From NCBI GenBank assembly GCA_965140415.1, contig OZ223209.1, positions 864,001 through 928,000 of the forward strand: a stretch of DNA of 64,000 nucleotides, written 5' to 3'. Source of the stretch: Myxococcota bacterium. Lineage in GTDB: Bacteria; Myxococcota_A; SURF-8. How positions within the stretch are numbered: position 1 is the first letter of the stretch; each line of letters starts with the position of its first letter. Positions 1 to 12,029 of the stretch are shown piece by piece. The translations under genes were made by a program, and so were the position numbers. The notes beneath the pieces are model-generated. The model was not told the DNA's origin. It saw only the letters and a program-made list of their open reading frames with translations, and did not search any database.

Positions 1-2
1 AG

Positions 3-545
3 GCCGGTGACGTTTCCGCCTACATTCCGACGAACGTCATTTCGATTACGGATGGCCAGATCTTCCTGGAGACGGACTTGTTCTACTCCGGTATGCGCCC
101 CGCTGTGAACGCCGGTCTGTCGGTGTCCCGCGTCGGTGGTAACGCTCAGATCAAGGCCATGAAGTCGGTTGCCGGTAAACTCCGCCTGACCTTGGCACAA
201 TACCGCGAGTTGGCGGCGTTTGCCCAGTTCGGTTCCGATCTGGACAAGGAAACCCAGCGCCAGTTGCACAAAGGTGCACGTCTGACGGAAATCCTGAAGC
301 AGAAGCAATATACACCGTTGTCTGTCGCCAAGCAGATTCTGATCATTTTCGCCGCCAACCGCGATTATCTCAACGATTATGAGTTGAGTGCGATCGGCAA
401 ATATGAAGAAGAACTGTATACGTTTGTCGACGACAATCATCCCGGACTGCTGCGTGAAATCTCGGACAAGAAGGTTCTGACCGACGAAATCGAAGCGCAG
501 ATCATTAAAGTTCTGGATGAGTTCAAGGCCATTTTCCAACCCTAA
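3..545 (+). CDS. atpA: F1 ATP synthase subunit alpha, C-terminal part (5' end outside window)
   Basis: Frame open from base 3: [23 protein letters not shown]...[18 protein letters not shown]...[15 protein letters not shown]; followed by atpG. Confidence 0.98.
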   Translation, partial: AGDVSAYIPTNVISITDGQIFLETDLFYSGMRPAVNAGLSVSRVGGNAQIKAMKSVAGKLRLTLAQYRELAAFAQFGSDLDKETQRQLHKGARLTEILKQKQYTPLSVAKQILIIFAANRDYLNDYELSAIGKYEEELYTFVDDNHPGLLREISDKKVLTDEIEAQIIKVLDEFKAIFQP

Positions 546-573
546 CGGGACTGCTTAACCGGGTAGAGGCGCC

Positions 574-2909
<2,336 letters not shown>

Positions 2910-2931
2910 CTAACCGAAAGAGGCGACGACT

Positions 2932-3348
2932 ATGGCTGAAAAGCTGAAACTTGTCATCGTGACGCCCGCCGGGGAAAAACTGGCGGGGGAAGCCGATGAG
3001 ATTGTAGCGCCGGGATACAACGGACAGTTCGGAGTCATGCCGGGGCACATCGAATTTTTCACGACCAATCCGCCGGGTGTATTCAAAGCCACCGATGGCG
3101 GCAAAGAATCGATCTGGGCCGTGGGCAAGGGCTTCATCGAAGTCTCCAACGACGAGGTACAACTGCTGGTGCAGTCTGCCGAACCCGCCGAGAAGATCGA
3201 CGTTTCGCGCGCGGAAGCCGCAAGGAAACGCGCCGAAGAGAGCTTGGACAAACTGGAAGGCAACCAGTCCGATGAAGATTGGGAGCACCAGAACCTGCGC
3301 CTGCAACGCGCCGTAGCGCGACTGGAAGCGGTAGGAGCGGCCAAGTAG
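2932..3348 (+). CDS. atpC: F1 ATP synthase subunit epsilon
   Basis: IVTP...PGYNGQFGVMPGH...GFIEV, C-terminal helical hairpin; last gene of the atp operon. Confidence 0.96.
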   Translation: MAEKLKLVIVTPAGEKLAGEADEIVAPGYNGQFGVMPGHIEFFTTNPPGVFKATDGGKESIWAVGKGFIEVSNDEVQLLVQSAEPAEKIDVSRAEAARKRAEESLDKLEGNQSDEDWEHQNLRLQRAVARLEAVGAAK

Positions 3349-3372
3349 CTCATCAGATTTTACGAGATCACC

Positions 3373-3403
3373 AAAGCGCCTCCAATCCGGGGGCGCTTTT
3401 TTT
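3373..3403 (+). terminator. Rho-independent terminator of atp operon
   Basis: Stem AAAGCGCCTCC / GGGGGCGCTTT followed by a T-run, about 25 nt after the atpC stop. Confidence 0.85.
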
Positions 3404-3536
3404 GTGAGTGGGGGAGGGGGGTGTATTCATAATAAAAAATATTGGGACTTGTATTTCTGTTATAAAATCGTGATATACTTTCCAGGCAAAAGCCGGAAAA
3501 TGAAATCGTAAGATCGGACCGAAAAGAAATTGGTTC

Positions 3537-4592
3537 ATGGTAAGGACTGAATCTGTAATGAAAGCTAAAAAGGCTTATAAGAATATACATTTACTGTGGA
3601 TCTGCTTAATGGTGTTGTTGGGTGTCGTTCTTGTTGTTGGTCTTAAACAGTATTATTGCTGGTTTACAGGAACAGAATATCCTTTTAAAGACTTTCTAAA
3701 TAGCAATCCCTGGACACTTGTTACTGGATTGGCGGCTGTTCCCGCTTTGTTACTCACATGGTATTGGCGACAGAATAATCGCAGGGAAGATCTGGAGATC
3801 GCCCGTGATGCGCAATTGACCGATCGTTTTGCTACCGCAGTGAAATTACTGGGAGATCCCAGCATGGAGGTGCGCTTGGGTGGCATTTATGCCTTGGAAC
3901 GGATTTCCAGAAATTCACCCGATGATCACTGGTCCGTTGTTGAAACGCTGGCAGCTTTCATTCGGGAAAACGCACCGATTCGCAAAAAAAGCCATCCGGT
4001 TTCTCACCCATTCAATCTTGGTAGTGAAGCCTTACCGAAACCCGAAGAAAGGGTGAAACCCAGAACGGATATTCAAGCAGCGTTGACGGTGTTGGGAAGG
4101 CGATGGCATACGGAGGACGAAACTCCCGATCAAATCATCGATTTGAGCTATACGGATTTGAGCGGGGCGGATTTAAGAAAGACAACCTTTAAAAAGGCGA
4201 TTTTTATTGGTTCGAACTTGGAAAAAGCGGAAATGTCTGCAGCGAATTTGAGGAAAGCTGATTTTTCAGAATCAAGTTTGAAAAAAGCAAAACTTTTTGA
4301 CTGTAAGTTGTTTAATGCAAAACTTGAATATGTAAATTTTAAAGATGCCAGTTTACAACATGCAAATCTTGCAGCATCTCTCATCATTGGATCATATTTT
4401 CAGGGAACAGATTTGTATGATGTTGATTTACAGGCAAGTATTCTTTTTGGTAGCAATTTCGAAGGGTGCTCTCATTTGAAATTCGCCAAATTAGATGGCG
4501 CTCGTTTTTCTGTAACTGACAAGGTTTACCCAAGAACCATTTTTCCCCAAGGATTCGATCCAGATGAACAAAATATGAAAAGAGGCGATTAG
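3537..4592 (+). CDS. Membrane-anchored pentapeptide repeat protein (alternative start 3558)
   Basis: Two N-terminal hydrophobic helices, DRFATAVKLLG...VRLGGIYALERI block, then pentapeptide repeats (LSYTDLSGADLRKTTFKKAIF...ANLRKADFSESSL); visibly AT-rich. Confidence 0.88.
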   Translation: MVRTESVMKAKKAYKNIHLLWICLMVLLGVVLVVGLKQYYCWFTGTEYPFKDFLNSNPWTLVTGLAAVPALLLTWYWRQNNRREDLEIARDAQLTDRFATAVKLLGDPSMEVRLGGIYALERISRNSPDDHWSVVETLAAFIRENAPIRKKSHPVSHPFNLGSEALPKPEERVKPRTDIQAALTVLGRRWHTEDETPDQIIDLSYTDLSGADLRKTTFKKAIFIGSNLEKAEMSAANLRKADFSESSLKKAKLFDCKLFNAKLEYVNFKDASLQHANLAASLIIGSYFQGTDLYDVDLQASILFGSNFEGCSHLKFAKLDGARFSVTDKVYPRTIFPQGFDPDEQNMKRGD

Positions 4593-4599
4593 GGTTTTC

Positions 4600-4705
4600 C
4601 GTTGGAGCATGGGCTCCCGTCCTGCTCCAAGTGTTTGTCTTCATTGGTCGGGACAGGAGCCCCGACCGGAAACCGACGGTTCAAGACAGGAGCCTTGAAG
4701 CATCA
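4600..4705. repeat. 106-bp direct repeat, copy 1 (three-hairpin REP-like element)
   Basis: CGTTGGAGCATGGGCTCCCGTCCTGCT...TTCAAGACAGGAGCCTTGAAGCATCA; near-identical to 5201-5306. Confidence 0.92.
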
Positions 4706-4709
4706 TGAA

Positions 4710-4736
4710 ATGTCGGGCAGAATCTGCCCGACCTAC
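4710..4736 (-). repeat. GTAG-type REP palindrome
   Basis: Minus strand GTAGGTCGGGCAGATTCTGCCCGACAT: GTAG followed by a hairpin. Confidence 0.75.
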
Positions 4737-4754
4737 TACTGCCCGACTTACAGC

Positions 4755-4780
4755 TGGATTCCCGCCTTCGCGGGAATGAC
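4755..4780 (-). repeat. GTC-terminated REP palindrome (ATTCCC-N8-GGGAAT)
   Basis: Minus strand GTCATTCCCGCGAAGGCGGGAATCCA. Confidence 0.8.
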
Positions 4781-4823
4781 AGGCAACTTGAACAATCAAC
4801 AGTAACCAAGTAATAGGAGAATA

Positions 4824-5171
4824 ATGATGGAAATGCAATCCCTGGCATACTGTGGCCTCGACTGCTTCCAATGTCCGGCCTATCTGGCGACAAAAAACAA
4901 CGATGATCAACTGCGGGCAACGACTGCCGCCCAATGGTCGGCCATGTTCCAGGCAGAGATCAAGGCAGAGCAAATCAACTGCGACGGCTGCAAGAGCGGA
5001 ACGGAACGGAAGTTTTTCCACTGCTCGCAATGCGAGATTCGCTCCTGCGCGGAAGGGAAGAAATACGAGACCTGCGCCGAATGCGCCGATTTCGCCTGTG
5101 AGAAGGTGGCGTTTGTTGTGGACAACGTCCCGGAAGCCAAAGCGGCATTGGAAGCGCTTCGAAAAGCGTAG
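4824..5171 (+). CDS. DUF3795-family small Cys-rich (probably metal-binding) protein
   Basis: AYCGLDCFQCPAY...CDGC...CSQCEIRSCA...CAECADFAC; AGGAG RBS upstream. Confidence 0.85.
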   Translation: MMEMQSLAYCGLDCFQCPAYLATKNNDDQLRATTAAQWSAMFQAEIKAEQINCDGCKSGTERKFFHCSQCEIRSCAEGKKYETCAECADFACEKVAFVVDNVPEAKAALEALRKA

Positions 5172-5200
5172 GAAATTGTCGGACAGAATATATGACTCTT

Positions 5201-5306
5201 CGTTGGAGCATGGGCTCCCGTCCTGCTGCAAGTGTTTGTCTTCATTGGTCGGGACAGCAGCCCCGACCGAAAAGCGATAGTTCAAGACAGGAGCCTTGAA
5301 GTATCA
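5201..5306. repeat. 106-bp direct repeat, copy 2
   Basis: Matches 4600-4705 with only a handful of substitutions. Confidence 0.92.
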
Positions 5307-5341
5307 ACAGGTTTTGCCCATCGATCCAATCGTCTAAATAA

Positions 5342-5368
5342 GATGGGCATGGCAAATGCCCATCCTAC
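5342..5368 (-). repeat. GTAG-type REP palindrome
   Basis: Minus strand GTAGGATGGGCATTTGCCATGCCCATC. Confidence 0.72.
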
Positions 5369-5733
5369 TCTAGGCTTCTCCTCCCAGAATATGACCAAAA
5401 TCCGGGATTGAATTCCTACCGAAGTTCTGCGTTTTTTGTTTTCAACTGGTTCGAAATTCCCCACTTAAATCATTAACAATCTATTAAATAGAATTCATTA
5501 TTAAACAATATTTTGTAAATTTTATTGAAAATTTGCCGAATTTAGGTTAGAAATAAGAGAACGATTCTTGTCAGAGTGTGGTTGAGGCGTTTTTCCCTAC
5601 CAGGTGGGTTGCTATCTAAGGAGGGAAAAGCAAGCAAAAAAGGATCGATTTAAAGACTTATGAATAAATGCAGGGTGATTGCTGTAGTGTGTGCTGCGGT
5701 AGGTACCTTTTTGTATGCTAAGGAAAAACGTAT

Positions 5734-6786
5734 ATGAAAGCCGTAACCGTTATCGGGACGCGACCCGAAATCATCAAGATGGCTCCCCTGATTCCGTTGC
5801 TGGATGACAGCTTCGAACATACATTTCTCTTTACAAGCCAGCATTATTCCAGCAATATGGTCGAGATCTTTCTAAACGAAATGGGGGTTCGTCGTCCTGA
5901 CCGGTTTTTGAATGTGGCCGACAGCGATGTCAATAAGCTGGAGGCGGCCATTCGTCCGGCGCTAGAGGAACTGAACCCGAAATGGTTGTTGATTTACGGC
6001 GATACGAACTCGACGCTTGCGGCGGCTCGTGCGGCAGGACCGGATACGGCCATCGTGCATATCGAGGCGGGCATTCGCAGTTTCGATGAACGCATGCCAG
6101 AAGAGCGCAACCGTATCGAGACCGATGGTCTGTCCAAATGGCGGCTGGCGCCGACCGGACTGGCCAAGTATTTCCTTACGGACTACGAAGGCTACCCGGC
6201 TCAGAGCATCGAAGTGGTCGGGAATCTGGTGGTGGATGCCTACTACCGGAACCGGGATCGTATCCTGGCTGCTCCATTGCCTGAAGGTTTGACGGCGGGT
6301 CAGTATTGCCTGCTGACCATGCACCGGGCGGAGAATGTCGATGATCCGGAACGTTTGAAGGACATCATGGAAAGCCTGGCGCAGATTCCGATGACGGTGG
6401 TTTTCCCGGTGCATCCGCGCACCGAAAAACGAATGCGTGATTTCGGTTTGACGTGGCCCGAAAATTTGCGTACGTCAGAGCCGATTGGATACTACCCCTT
6501 CATGCGCATGATGGCTGACTGTTATGTGATTATCACCGATTCGGGCGGTGTGCAGGAAGAGGCGATTACATTGGGTGTGCCCTGTGTCACGTTGCGAGAC
6601 AACACGGAGCGCATGGAAACGGTGTTTTTGAAAGCGAACCAGTTATACGATGCGGCCCACCGACGCGACCTGCATGAGGTCGTGCAACAGATGGCCGGGC
6701 AGCGTGAGCGAATTCAGAAATTGACGAATCCCTTCGGCAACGGCGACAGCGCCGAGCGGATTCTGGCATTTTTACAGTCGCACTGA
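5734..6786 (+). CDS. wecB: UDP-N-acetylglucosamine 2-epimerase (non-hydrolysing)
   Basis: GTRPEIIKMAP, GDTNS, HIEAGIRS, PEERNR, HRAEN, TDSGGVQEEA, RDNTER, NPFGNGDSA. Confidence 0.95.
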   Translation: MKAVTVIGTRPEIIKMAPLIPLLDDSFEHTFLFTSQHYSSNMVEIFLNEMGVRRPDRFLNVADSDVNKLEAAIRPALEELNPKWLLIYGDTNSTLAAARAAGPDTAIVHIEAGIRSFDERMPEERNRIETDGLSKWRLAPTGLAKYFLTDYEGYPAQSIEVVGNLVVDAYYRNRDRILAAPLPEGLTAGQYCLLTMHRAENVDDPERLKDIMESLAQIPMTVVFPVHPRTEKRMRDFGLTWPENLRTSEPIGYYPFMRMMADCYVIITDSGGVQEEAITLGVPCVTLRDNTERMETVFLKANQLYDAAHRRDLHEVVQQMAGQRERIQKLTNPFGNGDSAERILAFLQSH

Positions 6787-6805
6787 ATCTGGGGAAGCGG
6801 GCACG

Positions 6806-8521
6806 TTGAAATTAAAGCAACGATTTTCGGCTAAGATTTCACTTGGTCTGGCTATGGGGCTGCTGGCCATGGTGGTATGGGCACTCTTGTGCTCGTCTCC
6901 CGCGCTGGCAGGCACGTCCAAATACGCCGTGCGTCAGTCCATCGAGCAGCGTTATAAGCTGGTTTCCGAAGGCTTCCAGGCGATGGAGCAGAAGGACTAC
7001 GACCGCGCGTCGCAGCTTTTCGATGATTCCTTACAGGTCTATCTGCCACCCGAGCAGGAAGAGAACGTTTCGCCTTCGCGGCTGGAGTTGCAGAAATACC
7101 ACTATTACTCGCTCAAGTCCGGTGGTCACGAGGAACTCTCCTATCGCAAGCTGCGCATGCTGGAGGACGTGTTCCCGCAAGACGAAGACATTCACCGCGA
7201 GTTGGGGTACTACTATCTCTCCAAATACGAGTTGCGCTATGCCCGCGACGAATTCGTGATTTTATGCGAGCGCAACCCGGAAAACCTGGATTACTGCCTG
7301 CAAAAAGCCTATCTCTACCTGCAATTGGGAGATAGTCCGGCGGCGATTGTGGCTTTCAGCGACATTCTGCACCACCATCCCGAGCATTCCGTCAGCCGCT
7401 CCGAGTATGCCTATTTGATGTTCGAAGCGGAGGATTACGAAGAGGCGGCCACGCAGTATGAGTTACTGCGCATGGAAGATCCGGAAAATCCCAAAACCTT
7501 GTTGATGCTTTACTATTGCTTCCGGCGTCTGGATCGCCCGGAAGATGCCAAGGAATACCTGCTGCATCTGTTGGAAATCCAGCCTTACCGCTGCGACTTG
7601 TGGATGGAGCTTGGCTATCTGTATTTCTCGCAGAAGGAATACGATCAGGCCGAGGAAGTCTTTAAAAAGGTCGAAAAAGACTGTGAAGACGAGGAAGTTC
7701 GAGAGTCGGCGAAGGCGGCGGCGGAAAATGTCGGGATCTCCAGACCCAAATGGTGGTTTGCCGATGTCTACGCGCATTCGTTCTTCACGGCGCGTTTCCC
7801 CAACCTGATCAACACGGGGCGGGCGCGTATCGGGCTGGTTCCCCCGCTTGTTCCGCTGAAGTTTTATCTTGGGTTGCGCCTGACGCGCGATATTCGCAGC
7901 AAAGGCGTTGCAACCGACAAGATCTACGAGGACAACGTGGGTATTCCGCATGTCGGTATGGATTTCACTCCGGGTGCGGACTTGTTCCCATACCTGACAC
8001 TCTTTTTCGAAATCGGACCGGCCATCTACTTATATGACCGAGATCCGCAGGATCAGGTCGTGTTGGATATGCGCGCCGGGGCGGCATTCGGCATCGATTG
8101 GCAGCAGAACGGACCGGTGCCCAATGCGGAAAAGAACTGGCTGGTGCCGTTGCAGCAGGATGATTTGTCGAAAGCGTTTTTCGGTGAATTGTATACGGAT
8201 CTGATCTGGTTCTACCGCTTCAACAATAACTGGATCGGGACTTTCCAGATCAAGGAAGGTATCAACCTGTTCCAGTATGGCATGCTGCTGGATCAGCTTT
8301 ACCTGCGGTTCAACTTGGGTTATGATGTCGATGGCGTTTTCTACAACAACTATGCGGAGTTGGGAGCAGGCATGAGGGTCATGCCCTGGGACTGGCTCGG
8401 TTTTCAGTTTTATGCAGAGTACATTCTCGGGTTTTACATTCCACGTACGAACTCGGGTAATCCGTACTCGACCGTGTACAACGATGGCCGCATCGGCGTG
8501 TTGTTTTCTCATTACTGGTAA
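6806..8521 (+). CDS. TPR-repeat plus C-terminal outer-membrane beta-barrel protein (NfrA/BcsC/PgaA-like export pore)
   Basis: Signal peptide (..SSPALA), TPR-like helices (ELGYYY, EYAYLM, ELGYLY), aromatic alternating beta-strand C-terminal half ending in W; directly upstream of the NfrB-like GT. Confidence 0.72.
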   Translation: MKLKQRFSAKISLGLAMGLLAMVVWALLCSSPALAGTSKYAVRQSIEQRYKLVSEGFQAMEQKDYDRASQLFDDSLQVYLPPEQEENVSPSRLELQKYHYYSLKSGGHEELSYRKLRMLEDVFPQDEDIHRELGYYYLSKYELRYARDEFVILCERNPENLDYCLQKAYLYLQLGDSPAAIVAFSDILHHHPEHSVSRSEYAYLMFEAEDYEEAATQYELLRMEDPENPKTLLMLYYCFRRLDRPEDAKEYLLHLLEIQPYRCDLWMELGYLYFSQKEYDQAEEVFKKVEKDCEDEEVRESAKAAAENVGISRPKWWFADVYAHSFFTARFPNLINTGRARIGLVPPLVPLKFYLGLRLTRDIRSKGVATDKIYEDNVGIPHVGMDFTPGADLFPYLTLFFEIGPAIYLYDRDPQDQVVLDMRAGAAFGIDWQQNGPVPNAEKNWLVPLQQDDLSKAFFGELYTDLIWFYRFNNNWIGTFQIKEGINLFQYGMLLDQLYLRFNLGYDVDGVFYNNYAELGAGMRVMPWDWLGFQFYAEYILGFYIPRTNSGNPYSTVYNDGRIGVLFSHYW

Positions 8522-8530
8522 GCGGAATCA

Positions 8531-11500
8531 ATGGACGGTAACTGGTTGACAGGTTTGTTTGCTGCGATTTTCTCCGATGAGGTTTTCGGAGTGCTCGCAA
8601 TTATCGCTACCTGGGGATTTTTTATCTCCGGGCTTGATGACCTGTTCATCGATCTGCGCTATACGGTTGCCGCCGTTTTCAGCCGTAAGCCGGACCGAAT
8701 CCGCATGGCGCTGGCCGACAAGCATCCACAAAAGCCGATTGCCGTTATGGTGCCTGCCTGGCAGGAGGCCAACGTCATTCAGCAGATGCTGATGCGTAAC
8801 ATTGCCAATATCGACTACCTGAATTACCACCTGTTCGTAGGTACTTATCCCAACGATCAGGCTACCCAGGATGCCGTGGACCGTGCCATCGAGTTTTATC
8901 GGCGTATGCGCTTTAACGGCAAAGAAAATGGAAAGGGGCGTGTACATAAGGCGCCCATCGATTTCATTCATAAAGTGGTGACGGCAAGGCCCGGTCCTAC
9001 CAACAAAGCAGACAACCTGAATTGCGTGTTCGAGCATATCAAAAAGGTCGAGCGCGCGCTGCTGGACAAAGGGCATTTAAGTCAGCCCTTCGAAGTCTTC
9101 GTCATGCACGACAGCGAAGACGTGATCCATCCCAAGGAATTCAAGGTTTTCAACTACCTGATTTCGGATCGGCCCGAACGCGAGCGACCTCGCAACGAAA
9201 CCTTCTGCGAGCAGTTCGATTTCGTGCAACTGCCCGTTTTCCCGTTGGAAATCAGCATTATTCCCACTCGCGAACAGCGTTTGAAGCAGATCGAAGCCTG
9301 GGAACGATTTACCAAGGGAGGGATTTCCGTTAAGGTCAAGGAAACCCCGGTGGTGATGTACGAAACGATGCGGGCGGTTTCCACCTACTTCACGAACGTA
9401 TGGCGTTATTGCGTTTCTGCAACGTACATGGACGAATTCGCCGAGCATCACACCAAGGATATGGTGGTGCGGCGTGCCATTCGCGGCCTGGTGCCTTCGG
9501 CAGGAACCGGCACGGCGATGAACCGGCGCTCGTTACTGAAGTTAGAGGAGATGAACCCGAAAAAGTCCATCTTCAACGACATCCACTTGACCGAAGATTA
9601 TGAAATCAGCCTAGCGCTGAAGAATCTGGGCGCGAAGCAGTTCTTCCTGGTCGAGCCGGTGCGTATGGAGAAATATCGCGGCGGACGTATGGATCTGATC
9701 ACCGAAGAAGACGAGTTCGTCGCCACCAAAGAATATTTTCCGGACTCCTTCCAGAAGGCGATTCGCCAGAAATCGCGCTGGGTTATGGGTATTACTTTCC
9801 AGACCATGTTCCCCGGTAAGAGTAAAAACCTGCTGGTGGACTTTATGAAGGGCTGGGAAGGCAATATGGTCACGAAGTACACGCTGCTGCGCGACAGAAA
9901 GTCGCTGGTGACCAACTACATTAATATGTTGGGTTACATCGTTTTCATTTACTGCGTGGCGCGACTTTTCATGGTGGAAGTGTACGATGACGATTGGTCC
10001 TTCTCCAACATCTTCCCGCCCAACTCCGTGTTGTGGTGGCTCTTGTTGTTCAACATCGTCGTCATGGTGGAGCGCTACCTGCAACGTTACCACGCCATCA
10101 GCAAGATTTACGGTGTTAAACAGGCGGTTTACTTCCTGATCCGATCGATCACCTTGGTCGGTTTGTTCCTGGGTAACTTCATCAACTTCGTATCTACCTT
10201 AAGCGCGACCAAGCGCTATTTCAGCTATGTCTGGCAGGCGTTATTGGATCGCTTGTTCCCCAAACGCAAAACGAAGACAGTGGTGCGCAAAACCGCAGAA
10301 GGCACGGAAGAAACCGTCGTGACGCGCAAAAGCGCCGAACCGGCCTGGGGCAAAACCGACCACAGTTATCTGTCCGACGAGCAGATGCGGGAATACGTCA
10401 ACCGTATCGGGCAATTGGCCATGCGTACGCGACTGATGCAGGTGGAAGAGTTGGAAGAGGCCCTGCGGCGGCAACGGGAAGAGCATCAGCGGTTGGGTGA
10501 AATCCTGAAAAACATGGGTGTTGTCGATGATGTCGGGTTTTCCATGTTGTACGCTCAACAGCTTTCCGTACCCATGCATGAAATCGATTTCTTCCAGGTC
10601 GATCCGGAGGTGCTGAAACAGGTGCCGGAGAGTATCGCCTCGGAGTTCGGACTGGTTCCGCTGTTCATCGATGAAGGTGGAAACCTGATCGTGGCGGTGA
10701 GTGAACCGATACACGAGGACAACCGGCGACGCATCGAGCAACGGCTGGGCAAGCCGGTCAAGTTTGTTATTACGTACCAGTCGGATATTGAATTCTCGCG
10801 CCAGCGCGCCTATGGTCACATGGTGCAACGTCAGGCATCGCAGATTCCCAAGTTAGGTATTCTGCTGTTAGGCCAAGAGGCGGTAACGGAAAAACAATTG
10901 GGCGAGGCGCTCAAATTGCAACGTGAAAAGCGCCAGCCGCTAGGCCGCATTTTGGTGCAGATGGGCGCCATCGACAAGGAGACGCTTTCTCAGGCGCTTT
11001 TCAAGCAGAAGCAGTCTCGCTTGACTTTGGGTGAAAGCTTGCTTGAAAAGGGGCGTATCAATTACGACCAGTTGCAGCAGGCGCTTTACCAGCAGAAAAT
11101 CAATCGCAAGCCGCTAGGTGAAATCTTGTTGGAAATGAAGGCGGTTGATGAAAGTGACCTGGACGAGTTCTTCCGCGCTACCTTGAACATCGGCTATCGG
11201 GATATACGTCCCGAAGAAATCGATTTCGGAGTACAACAGCGGTTCTCCCCGGCTTTTTGCCGCATTTACCGCACGATACCGATCTGTCAAAGCGAGGATG
11301 GTGAAGTCGTCACGTTCGCCTTGGCGACGACTGCGGTGCGCGGTGCGATTGCGAGCCTGGAAGAACGTATGGGATTTACGGCGGAAGTATTCCTTGCGCC
11401 GGAAGCGAGTATCCGCAAAGCGATCGAAACCTGTTTCGACAAACTGGATGTGGTTACTCAGCAAGCCCACTTACTGGGAAATCGTCTGGTGGCGGAAGGA

Positions 11501-11938
11501 ATCATCGACGAGCACATCCTGCAAGAGGCGCTCAAGCAGCATCGCGAAGAAGGCTCGCGACTGGGCGAGGTGCTGGTCAACTATGGCTACTGCGACGAAG
11601 AGAGCTTCTTGGAAGTGTATTCCGGCGTGTTACAGTTGCCGGTAATCGAGTTACACCGCGACGAGGTGGACCCGTCGCTTGCGCCGACATTCATGTATAT
11701 GGAGGCGGTCAACCGAACCGTGGCGCCGGTGGCGCAGGATGGCGACACGTTGACCTTTGCGCTGCCGTTCGATTTCAAGGTGGAGGATATCCGCTTTATC
11801 GAGGAGCGCTTCCCCAATATGCGGCTTTCTTATGTATTGGCGAAAAAAGAAGATATCCGACGCGTGATCAGCGCTATCTATACTCCCGGTGGCCGGCATG
11901 AAATGACGAGAAGCGAGGAACGCCTGGCTGCAACATAA
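8531..11938 (+). CDS. nfrB: NfrB-like processive GT2 glycosyltransferase with C-terminal MshEN/T2SSE_N c-di-GMP-binding domains
   Basis: ISGLDDLFID, VPAWQE, FVGTYPND, GPTNKADNLN, HDSED, FAEHHTKD, VPSAGTG, LTEDY, QKSRW (QxxRW), WGKTDH; then repeated (R/K/P)LGxxLxxxGxxxxxxLxxAL motifs. Confidence 0.9.
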   Translation: MDGNWLTGLFAAIFSDEVFGVLAIIATWGFFISGLDDLFIDLRYTVAAVFSRKPDRIRMALADKHPQKPIAVMVPAWQEANVIQQMLMRNIANIDYLNYHLFVGTYPNDQATQDAVDRAIEFYRRMRFNGKENGKGRVHKAPIDFIHKVVTARPGPTNKADNLNCVFEHIKKVERALLDKGHLSQPFEVFVMHDSEDVIHPKEFKVFNYLISDRPERERPRNETFCEQFDFVQLPVFPLEISIIPTREQRLKQIEAWERFTKGGISVKVKETPVVMYETMRAVSTYFTNVWRYCVSATYMDEFAEHHTKDMVVRRAIRGLVPSAGTGTAMNRRSLLKLEEMNPKKSIFNDIHLTEDYEISLALKNLGAKQFFLVEPVRMEKYRGGRMDLITEEDEFVATKEYFPDSFQKAIRQKSRWVMGITFQTMFPGKSKNLLVDFMKGWEGNMVTKYTLLRDRKSLVTNYINMLGYIVFIYCVARLFMVEVYDDDWSFSNIFPPNSVLWWLLLFNIVVMVERYLQRYHAISKIYGVKQAVYFLIRSITLVGLFLGNFINFVSTLSATKRYFSYVWQALLDRLFPKRKTKTVVRKTAEGTEETVVTRKSAEPAWGKTDHSYLSDEQMREYVNRIGQLAMRTRLMQVEELEEALRRQREEHQRLGEILKNMGVVDDVGFSMLYAQQLSVPMHEIDFFQVDPEVLKQVPESIASEFGLVPLFIDEGGNLIVAVSEPIHEDNRRRIEQRLGKPVKFVITYQSDIEFSRQRAYGHMVQRQASQIPKLGILLLGQEAVTEKQLGEALKLQREKRQPLGRILVQMGAIDKETLSQALFKQKQSRLTLGESLLEKGRINYDQLQQALYQQKINRKPLGEILLEMKAVDESDLDEFFRATLNIGYRDIRPEEIDFGVQQRFSPAFCRIYRTIPICQSEDGEVVTFALATTAVRGAIASLEERMGFTAEVFLAPEASIRKAIETCFDKLDVVTQQAHLLGNRLVAEGIIDEHILQEALKQHREEGSRLGEVLVNYGYCDEESFLEVYSGVLQLPVIELHRDEVDPSLAPTFMYMEAVNRTVAPVAQDGDTLTFALPFDFKVEDIRFIEERFPNMRLSYVLAKKEDIRRVISAIYTPGGRHEMTRSEERLAAT

Positions 11939-12029
11939 GGGAGTGGGTGCGAAGAATAGAGGGACAAAGGACAACCGAAACGGTTGCATTCGGACGATAC
12001 AGGGCGAAAAAGGAATAGCGAGGTGGACG

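Noticed and set aside
4600-5306. Integron attC sites or CRISPR array
   Set aside because: No RYYYAAC/GTTRRRY-bounded single hairpin, only two long copies, and no integrase or cas gene.
5688-5708. ops/JUMPstart-like GCGGTAG before wecB
   Set aside because: Only a 7-nt partial match, with no RfaH/NusG paralog nearby.
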